Assembly (NCBI GenBank): GCA_016934535.1
Contig: JAFGSQ010000037.1
Coordinates: 1 to 64,000, forward strand
Source: a candidate division WOR-3 bacterium
Lineage (GTDB): Bacteria; SDB-A
DNA: 64,000 bases
Direction: 5' to 3'
Below, piece by piece: positions 9,237 through 20,013 of the stretch. How positions within the stretch are numbered: the first letter of the stretch is position 1; every line of letters begins with the position of its first letter. The notes beneath the pieces were generated by a model. That model saw nothing but the letters and a program-made list of their open reading frames with translations, was not told the DNA's origin and made no database searches. Position numbers and translations under genes: made by a program.

Positions 9237-12200
9237 TCAATACCGCCATATCCACTGCAGACCTGCTCCCATGATGTCATCGGAGTCCTTGTTAAGGATG
9301 AAGGAAGTGTTCTTCCATATCCTGTAGGTCAAAGTAATATCCGCAGGGGTGTTGTTGAGAATGTCTTTCTTGTATTCGACATAGACATCGCGAGTGACGT
9401 ATTTGGCGAGGGTCAGTTTGGCGCTGTTCGACGAACCCAGTTGAGTCTCGAGATTTATTACACTGAGGTTCAAAGCCCTTTCGAGTCTTGAAAATACTTT
9501 GGTCCTGAGAAGGTAGTTTACCGCCCTGTTAGGCACGGCAGATGCAATAGTTGAAATCGAAGTTATGTTGCTCCAGGTCGTGTTGAAAGTCAGCAGTGAA
9601 ATGATATCCTGTTCAGACATTTTCGGTTCAGATGTCAGTGTCAGGGAAGGTGAGTTGATGTTGCCTGAAAGCCGGGCGATTATTGTCACTTCTCTCGACT
9701 CAGGAGAAGTCCCGTTCGCGGGATCGGAGTAATATATTTCAGTCTTTCCGTAAAAATCTATTTCGCCGTCAATTTGAGTCGAGTCGGTTATGAGCAGCAG
9801 TTGTCCCTCGGTTATCCTGAAACTCCTGTCGAGATAGAAAATGCTGCCGCGTTCTGCGATCAATTCGCCTTTCGTGCTGATCAAGCCGTCGAATGAAGAA
9901 ACATTGTAAGTCCCGCTGAGTTCGACTTCGGCCATTTCGTGCCTGAATATAATGTTCCCTGAAGAACCGTCAATGAATATTTCCATGTCAGGTATTTCCT
10001 GGTTTGCGGCAGGCTGTGACTGTGTTTCTGAAACAGGAGAGATGAGAGCCTGATTTATGAAAGCGTCGCCTCTTATAGACGAGTGAAAATTGGAGTCTAC
10101 TTGAATTTCGAGATTGCCCGTGACGTTTGCCCAAACTCCTTCGAATCCCGTATAGTCAACGTCCTTGAAATCTATTTTTATCCGGGAATTGAACGACCTG
10201 TAACCTTCGGTCATTACCAGGTCGCCTTCGACGCCGAAATGTCCCCGTGAATTCGTGCCTGCGACGCTGAAATTTATAGAGTCGTCGTGAAAATCGGCTT
10301 TAGCCGAAATGTTTTGAGCTATTTGACCTGCGGGTTTGATGAACGCGGCGCCTTCGACAAGCTCAACTTGTCCGTAAATGTCCGGATCTTTGTACGTCCC
10401 TTTTATGGAGGCGTTTCCCCTGACATTCCCGGAGAGCATGACAGCAATGTCTGAGAGGAATTCAAGAGGCCAGAGGCCTATGTCGTCGAAAAGAATTTTA
10501 AGATCGATCTCGTCTTCAGTCCCGAAGGGGAGATAACCCGAAATTGTCGAGGTTCTATTTTGAAAAACCAGCTCGCATGTATCGATTTTCAAGCCTCTCA
10601 AAGTCGTTTCGCCTTCCAAGTGAGCGAAGTCGAGAAAAAGCAGTCCGGACTTGACTTTTCCCGTACGGATCAGAACGTGAGCCCGTGGGTCTGAAAGCGG
10701 GCCCGAGAAGCCGGATCTAAGGTTTAGATAACCGTGTATAGGGGGTAAGGATGGAAAAAACGGATTCAAGTTCATGCTGACGCTGTCTGCGTTGAGAAAT
10801 CCTGATATGTTGTCCCCGTTTATCTCGCAGGAAGCGGAAAAATTCAGGCCGGAATAACCTTCGGCGTAAAATGTGTCCAGTGACAGACGATTGTCGGCAA
10901 AACTGACGATCAACGGCGAAGTCGTCAAAAGAAAAAACGAATCCGAGTTGATAGTTAAATTTTCAAATAAGATATTTGAATTTTCAGCGTCAAAAGCGAA
11001 AAAAGAACCGGCGTCGAAAAATTCAGAGGAGAGTGACACTTTTCCTTCGAGCAAATCGTCCGTTGTTTCTGCAAAAAGGGCAAACGTTTCTGCCGTGAAC
11101 TTATTGTAAACCAGACCTCTTCCCGAAATCCTGACTGCGTCGGCGGTGAATTTTGTGGCTTCGAAGTTTTCAAATTCCATGTCTATGAAGCGGCAGTAAA
11201 AACCGTTGAATTCGGCGTCCTCAGCGGTTACGTCGGCGTTTAGAAATTTTCCATCATACGTCAGAACGCCGTTGAGCCTGCCCCGGATCTGCCGGTCCGT
11301 GATTTTAAGTTGCGACAACAGAGAAACATTGAAATCCTGAAGACGGCAACTTAAATCGTAACCGTTTTTTGAAAAATCTATCTGTGCTCCCAGGTTACCA
11401 TACTCTCCTGTAACGCAGGCGATGGAGAGAGCGTAATGTCCCGCTCCTGCATTTAGCGTTCCGTAAAGTGAATTCAACGAGACATCGTTTACTGAAGAGT
11501 TGGCGAAAGAAAAAACCGCTTCGCAGACAAGAGAATCGGGATTCTTCAGTTCTTTTATCCAGCCTGCGGCCGTCCCGTTGGCAGTGAAATGATTTGGTGA
11601 AAATCCGGAAAGAAATCCTATGTCCAGAGATCTGATTCCTTGAAATTCCGACTGAAAAGACATCGAATCAGTTTTGGGAGCGTAAGAACAGTTAAGAAGC
11701 ATCTCTCCGCCGCCCAAATATATCCTGGAGTTGTCTGTCGATATCATTTCATCTTCGTAGGAAATTTCCGAGGAAATCGAGTCGGCGAAATACTTGTCAA
11801 ACGACAACCCTTCGGCAAATAAATTGAAATCGGCATATTTCAACCCTTCATGATATGTAAAACTTCCCTTTCCTGTAATTCTTCCTGAAATTTCTTTGCG
11901 CCACTCACTGACATCCGACCAGAAAGTGTCGATGACTGCACTGAATCTTGCTTCTCTCGAAAACACGTCGGCACGGGCAACAACGAAAGTGTTGCCGGTT
12001 CCGATTTCCACCAATCCTGATAATCTAAGGTCGGGATAGAGCACGACATCTGATTTTAAAAAAATCTGACTGGAAACATAACAGGTCGAAAAAGCGGCTT
12101 TTTCGACAGTTATGTTTATGCCTTCGGGATAAGACAGCAGGACAGCGTCGACCGATATGTCGGATATTTCTTTGGCGTCGTAAATGAGACGGCCGTTTGA

Positions 12201-12704
12201 AACAAATATCCTTTCGGCGGAAATTCTGGGGAAAGATATGTCTCCGGGCGGTTTACCGTCCTGAGGTTTAGGATCAAGATTCCAGTTGAGTACACCGGAT
12301 TCGGAGTGCGTGAATTGCAGAAACAGCCCGTCCGAAAAGACTGATTTGACTTGCCTTTTGTTTATAATGTCAAAAAAGCTGAAATTGATTTCAGCGTAAG
12401 GACAGCTCAGAAGCAGTTCTTCTCTGTCGTTGTATACGTGAAGGTCTTTGATCCAGACAGAAGGCTTGGAAAAAAACCCGGCCTGTTGATAGGTGACTTT
12501 GATGTCGAAAATATTTTCGAATATTTTTACTGTCTCTTTGAAAGCGAATTCTTCGGCTTTACCCTGAAAAACGGACGCGATGGCAAAATAGAGAATCCCC
12601 GTTGCAAATAAAAGGGGGACGAGTCTCAATCGCGGAAAGAATTTCCTCCAGCGCTCTTTGGGTTTTACTGTCCGTTTATTGTCAGAAGGGATTGCCGAAA
12701 GCAA
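9237..12704 (-). CDS. tamB: TamB/AsmA-like translocation and assembly module protein
   Basis: N-terminal TM anchor, long beta-rich body, C-terminal DUF490-like region (LSGNINSPSLTLTSEPKMSEQDIISLL...GLQWIWRY); downstream of an Omp85 gene; start uncertain. Confidence 0.82.
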   Translation of the reverse strand: MLSAIPSDNKRTVKPKERWRKFFPRLRLVPLLFATGILYFAIASVFQGKAEEFAFKETVKIFENIFDIKVTYQQAGFFSKPSVWIKDLHVYNDREELLLSCPYAEINFSFFDIINKRQVKSVFSDGLFLQFTHSESGVLNWNLDPKPQDGKPPGDISFPRISAERIFVSNGRLIYDAKEISDISVDAVLLSYPEGINITVEKAAFSTCYVSSQIFLKSDVVLYPDLRLSGLVEIGTGNTFVVARADVFSREARFSAVIDTFWSDVSEWRKEISGRITGKGSFTYHEGLKYADFNLFAEGLSFDKYFADSISSEISYEDEMISTDNSRIYLGGGEMLLNCSYAPKTDSMSFQSEFQGIRSLDIGFLSGFSPNHFTANGTAAGWIKELKNPDSLVCEAVFSFANSSVNDVSLNSLYGTLNAGAGHYALSIACVTGEYGNLGAQIDFSKNGYDLSCRLQDFNVSLLSQLKITDRQIRGRLNGVLTYDGKFLNADVTAEDAEFNGFYCRFIDMEFENFEATKFTADAVRISGRGLVYNKFTAETFALFAETTDDLLEGKVSLSSEFFDAGSFFAFDAENSNILFENLTINSDSFFLLTTSPLIVSFADNRLSLDTFYAEGYSGLNFSASCEINGDNISGFLNADSVSMNLNPFFPSLPPIHGYLNLRSGFSGPLSDPRAHVLIRTGKVKSGLLFLDFAHLEGETTLRGLKIDTCELVFQNRTSTISGYLPFGTEDEIDLKILFDDIGLWPLEFLSDIAVMLSGNVRGNASIKGTYKDPDIYGQVELVEGAAFIKPAGQIAQNISAKADFHDDSINFSVAGTNSRGHFGVEGDLVMTEGYRSFNSRIKIDFKDVDYTGFEGVWANVTGNLEIQVDSNFHSSIRGDAFINQALISPVSETQSQPAANQEIPDMEIFIDGSSGNIIFRHEMAEVELSGTYNVSSFDGLISTKGELIAERGSIFYLDRSFRITEGQLLLITDSTQIDGEIDFYGKTEIYYSDPANGTSPESREVTIIARLSGNINSPSLTLTSEPKMSEQDIISLLTFNTTWSNITSISTIASAVPNRAVNYLLRTKVFSRLERALNLSVINLETQLGSSNSAKLTLAKYVTRDVYVEYKKDILNNTPADITLTYRIWKNTSFILNKDSDDIMGAGLQWIWRY

Positions 12705-14478
12705 ATTGGATCATTCCTTTGTAACGATGTTCGCCGACCATTGGCAATCCGTATTCGAGCCTGATCGGTCCGGCCGGTGTGTTGTAAATAATTCCGATTC
12801 CCAGTGAAATACCTACGTTTTCGTAAGGCGATATATCTTTCGAAGAGTTCCACAATCCTCCTGCGTCGGCGAAGAATTCAAGCGCGAATTCGCCTGAGCT
12901 GTAATGGATTTGCGTCATGGCGTTCATGAGGACGTTGCCGCTGTTGCCGCCGATTTCATCGGGGTCTCCCAGGGAACCCTCCGGATAGCCTCGGAGTGAA
13001 TTCACTCCGCCCAGTGTGATTTTCTGGTCGGAACTTATGCCGTTTTCGAGGGACACCGAATAAGGAAAAGTCCATGTCGAACGAAGGAAAACGTAGTATC
13101 CGAATTGCGACGGTTTCGCCAGCCGCACCCAGTCCCAGCCGAGTCTGTAGAAATAATTGTCACCGCCAAGGGGTCTGCCGGCCATCTGAAACCTAAAATT
13201 CTGTTTTAGACCGGTAGTGGGAGAAAACGGATTGTCCCTGGAATCGAAAGTGTAGCCGAATATAAGACTGTTTGTGAATTTACTGTATGTAAATTGCGGC
13301 TGATCCGTTCCGGATGAAGATGTCGTGTCAAGCCATGCTTTGTGAAAGACGAGGCCTGAATAAACAACGCCGCAGGCGGATATCCTTTTGCCCAGAGAAG
13401 GCGAAAATTCAAGGTATTCAATGTTTCTTTCTCCGATACCTTTTCTTTCGCCTTTAAGAGAGCTCGAAAAAATAAGCGAAGTGCCTAAAAAATAAGGTTC
13501 GGAATAGTTCAATTCCGCATTTTCAATGTAATCACCTTGAAAATCAGTGTCGTAGGAGACAGAAACTGAAATCCTCTGAGCGTTGCCGAAAAGATTGTAG
13601 TTTCCCCACTTGAGATTTATACCGGTTTTTCTGTCGCTTTTGTAGTTCAGTGAGACGAGGAAAAATGACATTTTGGATTCCTCGACCATGATTATGACTT
13701 TCAAACTGTCTTCGTGCAGTTTTGACGGCATAGGTTTTACCGAGACATACGAGAAAAGACCCGTGTAATAAAGATTGTTCCTGACCCTGGCGAGCATATC
13801 GGGGAAGAAAAGCTGTCCGCTTTTCAATCTTGATTCCATCTCTATTATTTTTGTTCTCACTCTGGAATTACCAAGTATTTCGACATTGTTAATAAAAACT
13901 TTGTTTCCAGTGTCTACGGAAATAAAAATGTCGCACAAAAGTGAATCCGCACTCAAAGGAACGATTGTGTCTTCGATCTTTATGTTGTAATATCCTCTGT
14001 TTATGTATTCTGAGGCAATTTTTATCTGTACCATCGTGAGGTTAATCTGATTCAAAGGCTTTCCCGGAAGGATGTCGTGCTGTTCAAAAGCCGACATGTC
14101 TGTTCCGGAATCACACCCAGACAAACTCACTGAATTGATGACCGACCTTTCTCCTTCATTTATCTCGTATTTCAGGACGTATCCTCTGGGTGTGAGAGAA
14201 TCGGTTTGATTGAGAACAGCCGCTTTGAGAAATCCGAGCTGAGAGTAATAAGCGAGTATGTTTTTGACATTTTTTGAGCTTGAGAAAGGGCTGTATAAAT
14301 CGTTTTCGTCCGAATAAAGATAAGGCCGTATGTCTTTTACACTGACCTCTTCACAACCGGTCAATTCGACTTTGTATATTCTGGCAAAAGAACTGTACGG
14401 GTCTTTTCTGGTTCCGCAAGAAAAAAGAAGCAAAAGTGCAGTCGTAATAATTATGGGTTTAAGTTCGAGGTGTTTCAT
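12682..14478 (-). CDS. Omp85-family outer membrane protein, lipidated TamA (TamL-like)
   Basis: Lipobox LLLFSC, POTRA-like repeats, NLFGNAQ, LGGVNSLRGY, TPAGPIRLEYG, C-terminal Phe. Confidence 0.85.
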   Translation of the reverse strand: MKHLELKPIIITTALLLLFSCGTRKDPYSSFARIYKVELTGCEEVSVKDIRPYLYSDENDLYSPFSSSKNVKNILAYYSQLGFLKAAVLNQTDSLTPRGYVLKYEINEGERSVINSVSLSGCDSGTDMSAFEQHDILPGKPLNQINLTMVQIKIASEYINRGYYNIKIEDTIVPLSADSLLCDIFISVDTGNKVFINNVEILGNSRVRTKIIEMESRLKSGQLFFPDMLARVRNNLYYTGLFSYVSVKPMPSKLHEDSLKVIIMVEESKMSFFLVSLNYKSDRKTGINLKWGNYNLFGNAQRISVSVSYDTDFQGDYIENAELNYSEPYFLGTSLIFSSSLKGERKGIGERNIEYLEFSPSLGKRISACGVVYSGLVFHKAWLDTTSSSGTDQPQFTYSKFTNSLIFGYTFDSRDNPFSPTTGLKQNFRFQMAGRPLGGDNYFYRLGWDWVRLAKPSQFGYYVFLRSTWTFPYSVSLENGISSDQKITLGGVNSLRGYPEGSLGDPDEIGGNSGNVLMNAMTQIHYSSGEFALEFFADAGGLWNSSKDISPYENVGISLGIGIIYNTPAGPIRLEYGLPMVGEHRYKGMIQFAFGNPF

Positions 14479-14497
14479 GATTGGACAGAAAAGCGGA

Positions 14498-15754
14498 TCA
14501 GAGAGATAAAGTCTCCCTGCCCGGGAAGTATTTTTTCAAAACTTCAGGAACCGACACTTCTCCGTTTTCCTGCTGATAATTCTCCAATATGGCTATCATC
14601 GTTCTCGGGGTGGCAAGAGCGCTTCCGTTTAAAGTGTGAACGAATGAAATTTTACCTTCTTCGTTTTTAAAGCGGATGTTGATCCTGCGTGATTGAAAAT
14701 CCCTGAAAAGCGACACCGATGACACTTCGAGGTACTTTTTCGACACGGGAGCCCAAGCTTCCAAATCGTATGTTATCGCGCTGGCAAAACTCATTTCACC
14801 GGTGCAAAGTTTTCTTGTCCTGAAAGGTATTTCTAATTTTTTAAGCACGAGCTGACTTTCTTCGAGAAGTTCCTCGAGACTGTTTCTGCTTTCCTCGGGT
14901 TTCGACAGATGCACGAGTTCGACTTTGTTGAACTGATGCATTCTCATTAGACCTTTCGTCTCCTTTCCGTAGGATCCCGCTTCACGCCTGAAACAAGTTG
15001 TGTAAGCGCAGATTTTTACAGGCAGTGATTCACAGCCGAGTAATTCCTGGGAAAACAGGTTTGTAACAGGCACTTCTGCGGTCGGATTGAGGAAGAGGTC
15101 GTCTTTTTCAATCAGATACATGTCCTCCTCGAGTTTCGGAAGCTGGCCCGTGCCGAACATCGCGTTTCTGTTGACGAGATAAGGCGGCAATAACTCTCTG
15201 TAACCGTTTTCGGAGTGCATCTCCATCATAAACATAATAAGAGCGAGTTCAAGCCGTGCTCCGTTTCCAGTGTACAGAGGGAAAGCGCTTTTTGAAACTT
15301 TTCCCGCGGAAGCGAAATCGAGAAGTTTTAATTTTGAAGAAAGCTCAAAATGGTCAAGTCCCTTTTTCTCGGAGCCGGGTTTGCCCCAGGAATAAACCGT
15401 TTCGTTGTCTTCGGCTGATTTTCCCGTTGGCACGTCCTGGTCCGGCACATTCGGTATCCAATACAGGGCTTCTTTCCATTTTTTGTCAGTTTCGGCGAAT
15501 TCCTTTTCGTCGGACTTTATCTCGGAAGAGAGTTTTTTTGACTCCGCCAGGAGATCCTGTCCGTTTATTTTTTTTGCAGATATTTCTTTTGAAAGAGCGT
15601 TGAGCCTGCTTCTCTTGTTTTCTATCATCTTTAAAGAGAACTTTCTCGCTTCATCAATTTCAAAAAAAGCGTCAAGATCGCATTTTTCTCCTTTCGACGC
15701 GACGGCAATCTTCACATATTCTCTGTTTTCTCTTATATATTTTACGTCAAGCAT
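14498..15754 (-). CDS. serS: Serine--tRNA ligase
   Basis: GTGQLPK, PTAEVP, FRREAGSYG, HQFNKVE, HTLNGSALA. Confidence 0.97.
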   Translation of the reverse strand: MLDVKYIRENREYVKIAVASKGEKCDLDAFFEIDEARKFSLKMIENKRSRLNALSKEISAKKINGQDLLAESKKLSSEIKSDEKEFAETDKKWKEALYWIPNVPDQDVPTGKSAEDNETVYSWGKPGSEKKGLDHFELSSKLKLLDFASAGKVSKSAFPLYTGNGARLELALIMFMMEMHSENGYRELLPPYLVNRNAMFGTGQLPKLEEDMYLIEKDDLFLNPTAEVPVTNLFSQELLGCESLPVKICAYTTCFRREAGSYGKETKGLMRMHQFNKVELVHLSKPEESRNSLEELLEESQLVLKKLEIPFRTRKLCTGEMSFASAITYDLEAWAPVSKKYLEVSSVSLFRDFQSRRINIRFKNEEGKISFVHTLNGSALATPRTMIAILENYQQENGEVSVPEVLKKYFPGRETLSL

Positions 15755-18134
15755 ATCTTCCTCTCTTCACGGCGTATGATTTTTCGAAGTAATTTTTCAA
15801 ACCTTCTTTTATGCGTTTTTCTATGTACTGCATTTTATTTCTTTCGTTTCCGGTGTCCAATATCAGACAAAGCGTTTCGTCAATTGAATTCACGGAATAT
15901 ATAGAGAATGATCCGGCGGCTGACGATTGTCGGATGTCTTTCCCGAGCATCAGCGAATTTTCGTTGTCTTTGGGTATTATGAGCGATCCGTTCCTTATTT
16001 TTTTCATTTTACACGTTCTGTAAAAACCTTCTATTTTTTCGTTGATTCCTCCGACTGCCTGAACATTTCCTGTCTGATCGACTGATCCGGTAACGGCAAA
16101 ATTCTGTTTGACAGGGATTTTGGAAATGCATGACAAAAGAGCGCATATTTCTGCGACGGAAGCGCTGTCGCCGTCGATAATGTTGTAGGACTGCTCGAAA
16201 CAAACGGATGCGTGTATGGACAAAGGGGATTCCTCGGCGTATTTACCTCTGAGATACCCGCTTATGATATTGACTCCCTTTGTGTGGATTTCTCCTGAAA
16301 GGTTGGATTTTCTGTCTATGCTTATTATGCCTTTCTCTCCGGGTGACACCCGCGCTGTTATCCTCGCCGGCAGTCCTACGGGGATGTCGTCTGTGTCAAT
16401 AATCGTCAGGCCGTTCACTTGACCGATCTGACTTCCTTTGAGAAAAATTTTAATGACGTTGTCACGTATCAGTCTGAGGTATTCTCTTTCGAGAGACGTT
16501 CTTCTGAATCGCATCATGTCTATTGCTTTTTCGACGGATTTTTGGGTGACCGTTTTCGCTTTTTTGTTTTTCTTGGTTTCCCAGTAACTGCTTTCCTTCA
16601 TCAGATCGGATATTTTTCCGAATTTTGTGCTTATCAGTTTTTTGTCCCCGGCGAGTTTGACGGCGTATTCACAAATGCTGATCACCGACTCGCGTGAAAA
16701 ATGCGGCAAATTTTCTTTTTTCGACGTCAGGGCGATGAAATTTGAATATTTTTTAAGGTTTCTTTTCGAAAGCAACATGTGCTCGTCGAACTTGGCCTTG
16801 ATTTTGAATATCTTCGGGAAATCGGGATCCTTGTAATATAGCGCAGAATATATTTCGTCGTTCCCTATCATGACAACTTTAACGTCGATTTCAACCGGAT
16901 TCGGTCTTAGATAACTTCGCGAGGAGAGAGGATTGGCCACGGGTGTTATTTCCAGTCTCTGGGTTTTGAGCGTTCTTTTAAGTCTTTGCCATGAATTTTC
17001 CTCCTGAAGGAGGTCAAATGCGTCGATTATCAAAAAGCCTTTGTGGGCTTTTAGAAGACTGCCGGCTTTAATGCTGGTGTGGATCTTTTCGCTCGAGCTG
17101 ACGTTTTCGACAGTTCCGAACAGATTGTTCTCTGACGGAAAACTCTCGATAATGACTGGCCTTTTAATTTTTTTGTGGTTGTTGACGGCGACGTTTATGC
17201 TCATAATACTGTCTATGCTTTCTTTCTCGGATTTCCATTTTTCTTTGTCCTGTTCGGCCTCCATGAGAGTTTTCCAGAGAGATATGTTGGTAAGCATATA
17301 GTCGAGGTAAAAATCGAGATAATCTTTCATTTCCGCCGAAGAAGTGAGCTCTTTCAGGTCTTCGAAAATGAGTTTCAGAAAAGGGTATGCCGTGTCTATG
17401 TCGAGCTTTTTCTTTCTGTTTGAAAAAGCCGTTCTCAAAGTTTTAAAATCGTTCAGATATAAAGCTATCGTTTTTTCGATCTCGTCTTTTTTTTCGAGAA
17501 ATTCCTTCAGTTTTTTGTTTTTTAGCTGGTTTTTCTCAACCAGTTCGGTAAGTTCGTTGAAGCTGAAAACTTTTTTTTTGTGAACGGGCATAAGTTCCAT
17601 TTTCGAGCCTTCTCCTTCGGTCTTCATCCACCTGAATCCCGAAGTTTTAACGAGTTTGTCGATTTTGGAAAAAATTCTGTTCTCTTCCTTTTTTTCTTTT
17701 TTTTCAAAAGTCATAAGTTCCGACATGTATTTGTCGTTGAAATAAATGGCCGATATAAGATTTTCAAGATTCTCGAGAAGTTCCTCCAAAGCCCGTGAAA
17801 GCAGTATTCCTTCACCTTTCGAGAGTTTGATTGAAACAGGCTCTTCGGGAATGTCGAAGTTGTATAGAAAAATTATGTCTTCAAGATTTTTTTCGCCTCT
17901 TCCTATTTTTTTAGTAAGAAACTTGTGAAGAGTGCTTTTTCTCCCCGTACCGGCTAATCCGGAGATGAATACGTTGTAACCCTGCCCGTCTATCTCAATG
18001 CCGGTCGTTATGGATTCTATTGCTTCCCGCTGACCTATTATGTCTTCGGTGGGATTCAACTCGGAGGTGGTTTTGAATTTGAAAACATCTTCTGGGCAGG
18101 ACCATGTGAGCTTGGAAGCGATTATTTTTTTCAA
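15747..18134 (-). CDS. Lon-family S16 protease (LonC-like)
   Basis: IIGQREA, degenerate Walker A GLAGTGRKS, GQVNGL, catalytic DGDSAS and VGGINEKIEGF; TTG start overlaps the BCCP stop. Confidence 0.9.
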   Translation of the reverse strand: MKKIIASKLTWSCPEDVFKFKTTSELNPTEDIIGQREAIESITTGIEIDGQGYNVFISGLAGTGRKSTLHKFLTKKIGRGEKNLEDIIFLYNFDIPEEPVSIKLSKGEGILLSRALEELLENLENLISAIYFNDKYMSELMTFEKKEKKEENRIFSKIDKLVKTSGFRWMKTEGEGSKMELMPVHKKKVFSFNELTELVEKNQLKNKKLKEFLEKKDEIEKTIALYLNDFKTLRTAFSNRKKKLDIDTAYPFLKLIFEDLKELTSSAEMKDYLDFYLDYMLTNISLWKTLMEAEQDKEKWKSEKESIDSIMSINVAVNNHKKIKRPVIIESFPSENNLFGTVENVSSSEKIHTSIKAGSLLKAHKGFLIIDAFDLLQEENSWQRLKRTLKTQRLEITPVANPLSSRSYLRPNPVEIDVKVVMIGNDEIYSALYYKDPDFPKIFKIKAKFDEHMLLSKRNLKKYSNFIALTSKKENLPHFSRESVISICEYAVKLAGDKKLISTKFGKISDLMKESSYWETKKNKKAKTVTQKSVEKAIDMMRFRRTSLEREYLRLIRDNVIKIFLKGSQIGQVNGLTIIDTDDIPVGLPARITARVSPGEKGIISIDRKSNLSGEIHTKGVNIISGYLRGKYAEESPLSIHASVCFEQSYNIIDGDSASVAEICALLSCISKIPVKQNFAVTGSVDQTGNVQAVGGINEKIEGFYRTCKMKKIRNGSLIIPKDNENSLMLGKDIRQSSAAGSFSIYSVNSIDETLCLILDTGNERNKMQYIEKRIKEGLKNYFEKSYAVKRGRYA

Positions 18135-18451
18135 TCATCGCTCCTGTATATAACTACGTCCCCTTTTTTTACTTTATCACCCGGTTTGATTTTCAGAACC
18201 ATTACTTTTCCGCGGTATTCGGAAAAGATCTTGTTGTAGGATTTCATCGCTTCAATTACGTAAAGGATGTCTCCTTTTTCAACCCGAGAGCCTTCGCGGA
18301 CAAAGATTTCTTTTATTATTCCGGGGATCGGAGATTTCTCTTCCTTCTGCGTGTTTTTTTCAAAATTGACGCCAGGATTTTTTCTTTTGAAATTATTGGT
18401 TATATAAAAAGAGTCGTCGACGTTGAGTTCTATCTTTTCGTTAAACATCAT
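18131..18451 (-). CDS. Biotin carboxyl carrier protein
   Basis: SPIPG...IEAMKS biotinylation motif. Confidence 0.9.
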   Translation of the reverse strand: MMFNEKIELNVDDSFYITNNFKRKNPGVNFEKNTQKEEKSPIPGIIKEIFVREGSRVEKGDILYVIEAMKSYNKIFSEYRGKVMVLKIKPGDKVKKGDVVIYRSDD

Positions 18452-18457
18452 TCGCTC

Positions 18458-20002
18458 CTAAACAGGCATATTGCCGTGGTGTTTCCAAAGCGACTGCCTC
18501 GACTTTTCCCTAAAAATGCCCAGCATGTTTATCAGTATCTGGCGGGTTTCTTCGGGTTCAATGACGGCGTCGACGAAACCCTTTGAGGCGGCGACATAGG
18601 GATTTGCGAATTTTTCCTGATATTCGGTTATTTTTTCTTTTCTCGTTGCGTCTGGATCCTGGCTGTTTTCTATTTCTTTCTTGAAGAGTATGTTCGCGGC
18701 GCCTTCCGGTCCCATGACTGCGATTTCCGCGGTCGGCCATGCCGCGACGAAGTCAGCACCGAGGTGTTTACTGCACATCGCAATGTAGCCTCCGCCGTAT
18801 GCCTTTCTTATAATAACTGTCAGTTTAGGTACAGTGGCTTCGGAATAGGCGTAAAGAACTTTCGCGCCGTGACGAATGACTCCCGCGTGCTCCTGATCTA
18901 TGCCCGGAAGATAGCCGGGAATGTCGACAAAAGTCAGAAGGGGAATGTTGAAGGAATCGCAAAATCTTATAAAACGAGCAGCTTTATCCGCCGCGTTGAC
19001 ATCGAGAACTCCAGCGAGATAATAAGGCTGGTTGGCGACTATTCCGACAGAATGTCCCCCGAGTCTGCCGAAACCGACAACTATGTTTTTTGCCCAGTTC
19101 TCGTGAACTTCCAGGAACTCGGACTTGTCGGTTATTGAGCTTATAATGTCAAGCACGTCGTATGTGACTTTCGGATCGGATGGTATCGTTTTTGTTATGT
19201 CGAATTGTTTTTTCGGGTTTTCTGCAGGGATGAGAGAAGGCATCTCTTTGTTGTTGGCAGGGATGTAAGACAAGAGAGCTTTTATGAGGGAAAAAGCTTC
19301 CGGCTCGCTGGGAGCAACGAAATGCGCGTTGCCGGTGATCTCGGCGTGGGTCATTGCCCCGCCCAAATCCTCCATGGAAATTTCTTCACCTATGACGGCT
19401 TTAATAACTTCCGGACCGGTTATGAACATATTGCTTATTTTTTCGACAACTATCACAAAATCGGTGAGGGCGGGTGAATATACCGCCCCTCCTGCGCAAG
19501 GACCAAGTATGACCGATATCTGAGGCACAACACCCGAGAGTTTTGTGTTTTTATAAAAGATGTCGCCGTATCCCGCCAGTGCGCCGACTCCTTCCTGAAT
19601 TCTTGCTCCGCCTGAGTCGTTTAGGCCTATGAGAGGCATGCCGGAATCTCTTGCCATGTCCATGACTTTCACTATCTTCGAGGCGTGACCTTCTCCGAGA
19701 GATCCGCCTGCGACGGTGAAGTCCTGGGCGAAAAGAGCCACGGGTCGGCGGGAAATTTTTCCTACGCCGGTTATCACTCCGTCACCGGCAAGCATGACTC
19801 CGTCCAGTCCGTATCCTCGAGCTTTGTGTTCGACGAAGAGGTCTGTCTCAAAGAAACTGCCTTCGTCGATCAGAGCTTCGATCCTTTCTCTGGCTGTCAG
19901 TTTGCCCTTGTCTTTCTGCCTTCTGATTGATTTCTCGCCGCCTCCGGATTTCCACTTCTGAACTCTGACAATGAAATCGGCAATTACAGATTTAATGTCC
20001 AT
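18458..20002 (-). CDS. Acyl-CoA carboxylase carboxyltransferase subunit (PccB/MmdA-like)
   Basis: GKLTARERI, QDFTVAGGSLG, DSGGARIQEG, RKAYGG, KHHGNMP. Confidence 0.93.
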   Translation of the reverse strand: MDIKSVIADFIVRVQKWKSGGGEKSIRRQKDKGKLTARERIEALIDEGSFFETDLFVEHKARGYGLDGVMLAGDGVITGVGKISRRPVALFAQDFTVAGGSLGEGHASKIVKVMDMARDSGMPLIGLNDSGGARIQEGVGALAGYGDIFYKNTKLSGVVPQISVILGPCAGGAVYSPALTDFVIVVEKISNMFITGPEVIKAVIGEEISMEDLGGAMTHAEITGNAHFVAPSEPEAFSLIKALLSYIPANNKEMPSLIPAENPKKQFDITKTIPSDPKVTYDVLDIISSITDKSEFLEVHENWAKNIVVGFGRLGGHSVGIVANQPYYLAGVLDVNAADKAARFIRFCDSFNIPLLTFVDIPGYLPGIDQEHAGVIRHGAKVLYAYSEATVPKLTVIIRKAYGGGYIAMCSKHLGADFVAAWPTAEIAVMGPEGAANILFKKEIENSQDPDATRKEKITEYQEKFANPYVAASKGFVDAVIEPEETRQILINMLGIFREKSRQSLWKHHGNMPV

Positions 20003-20013
20003 TTTTTACCTCT

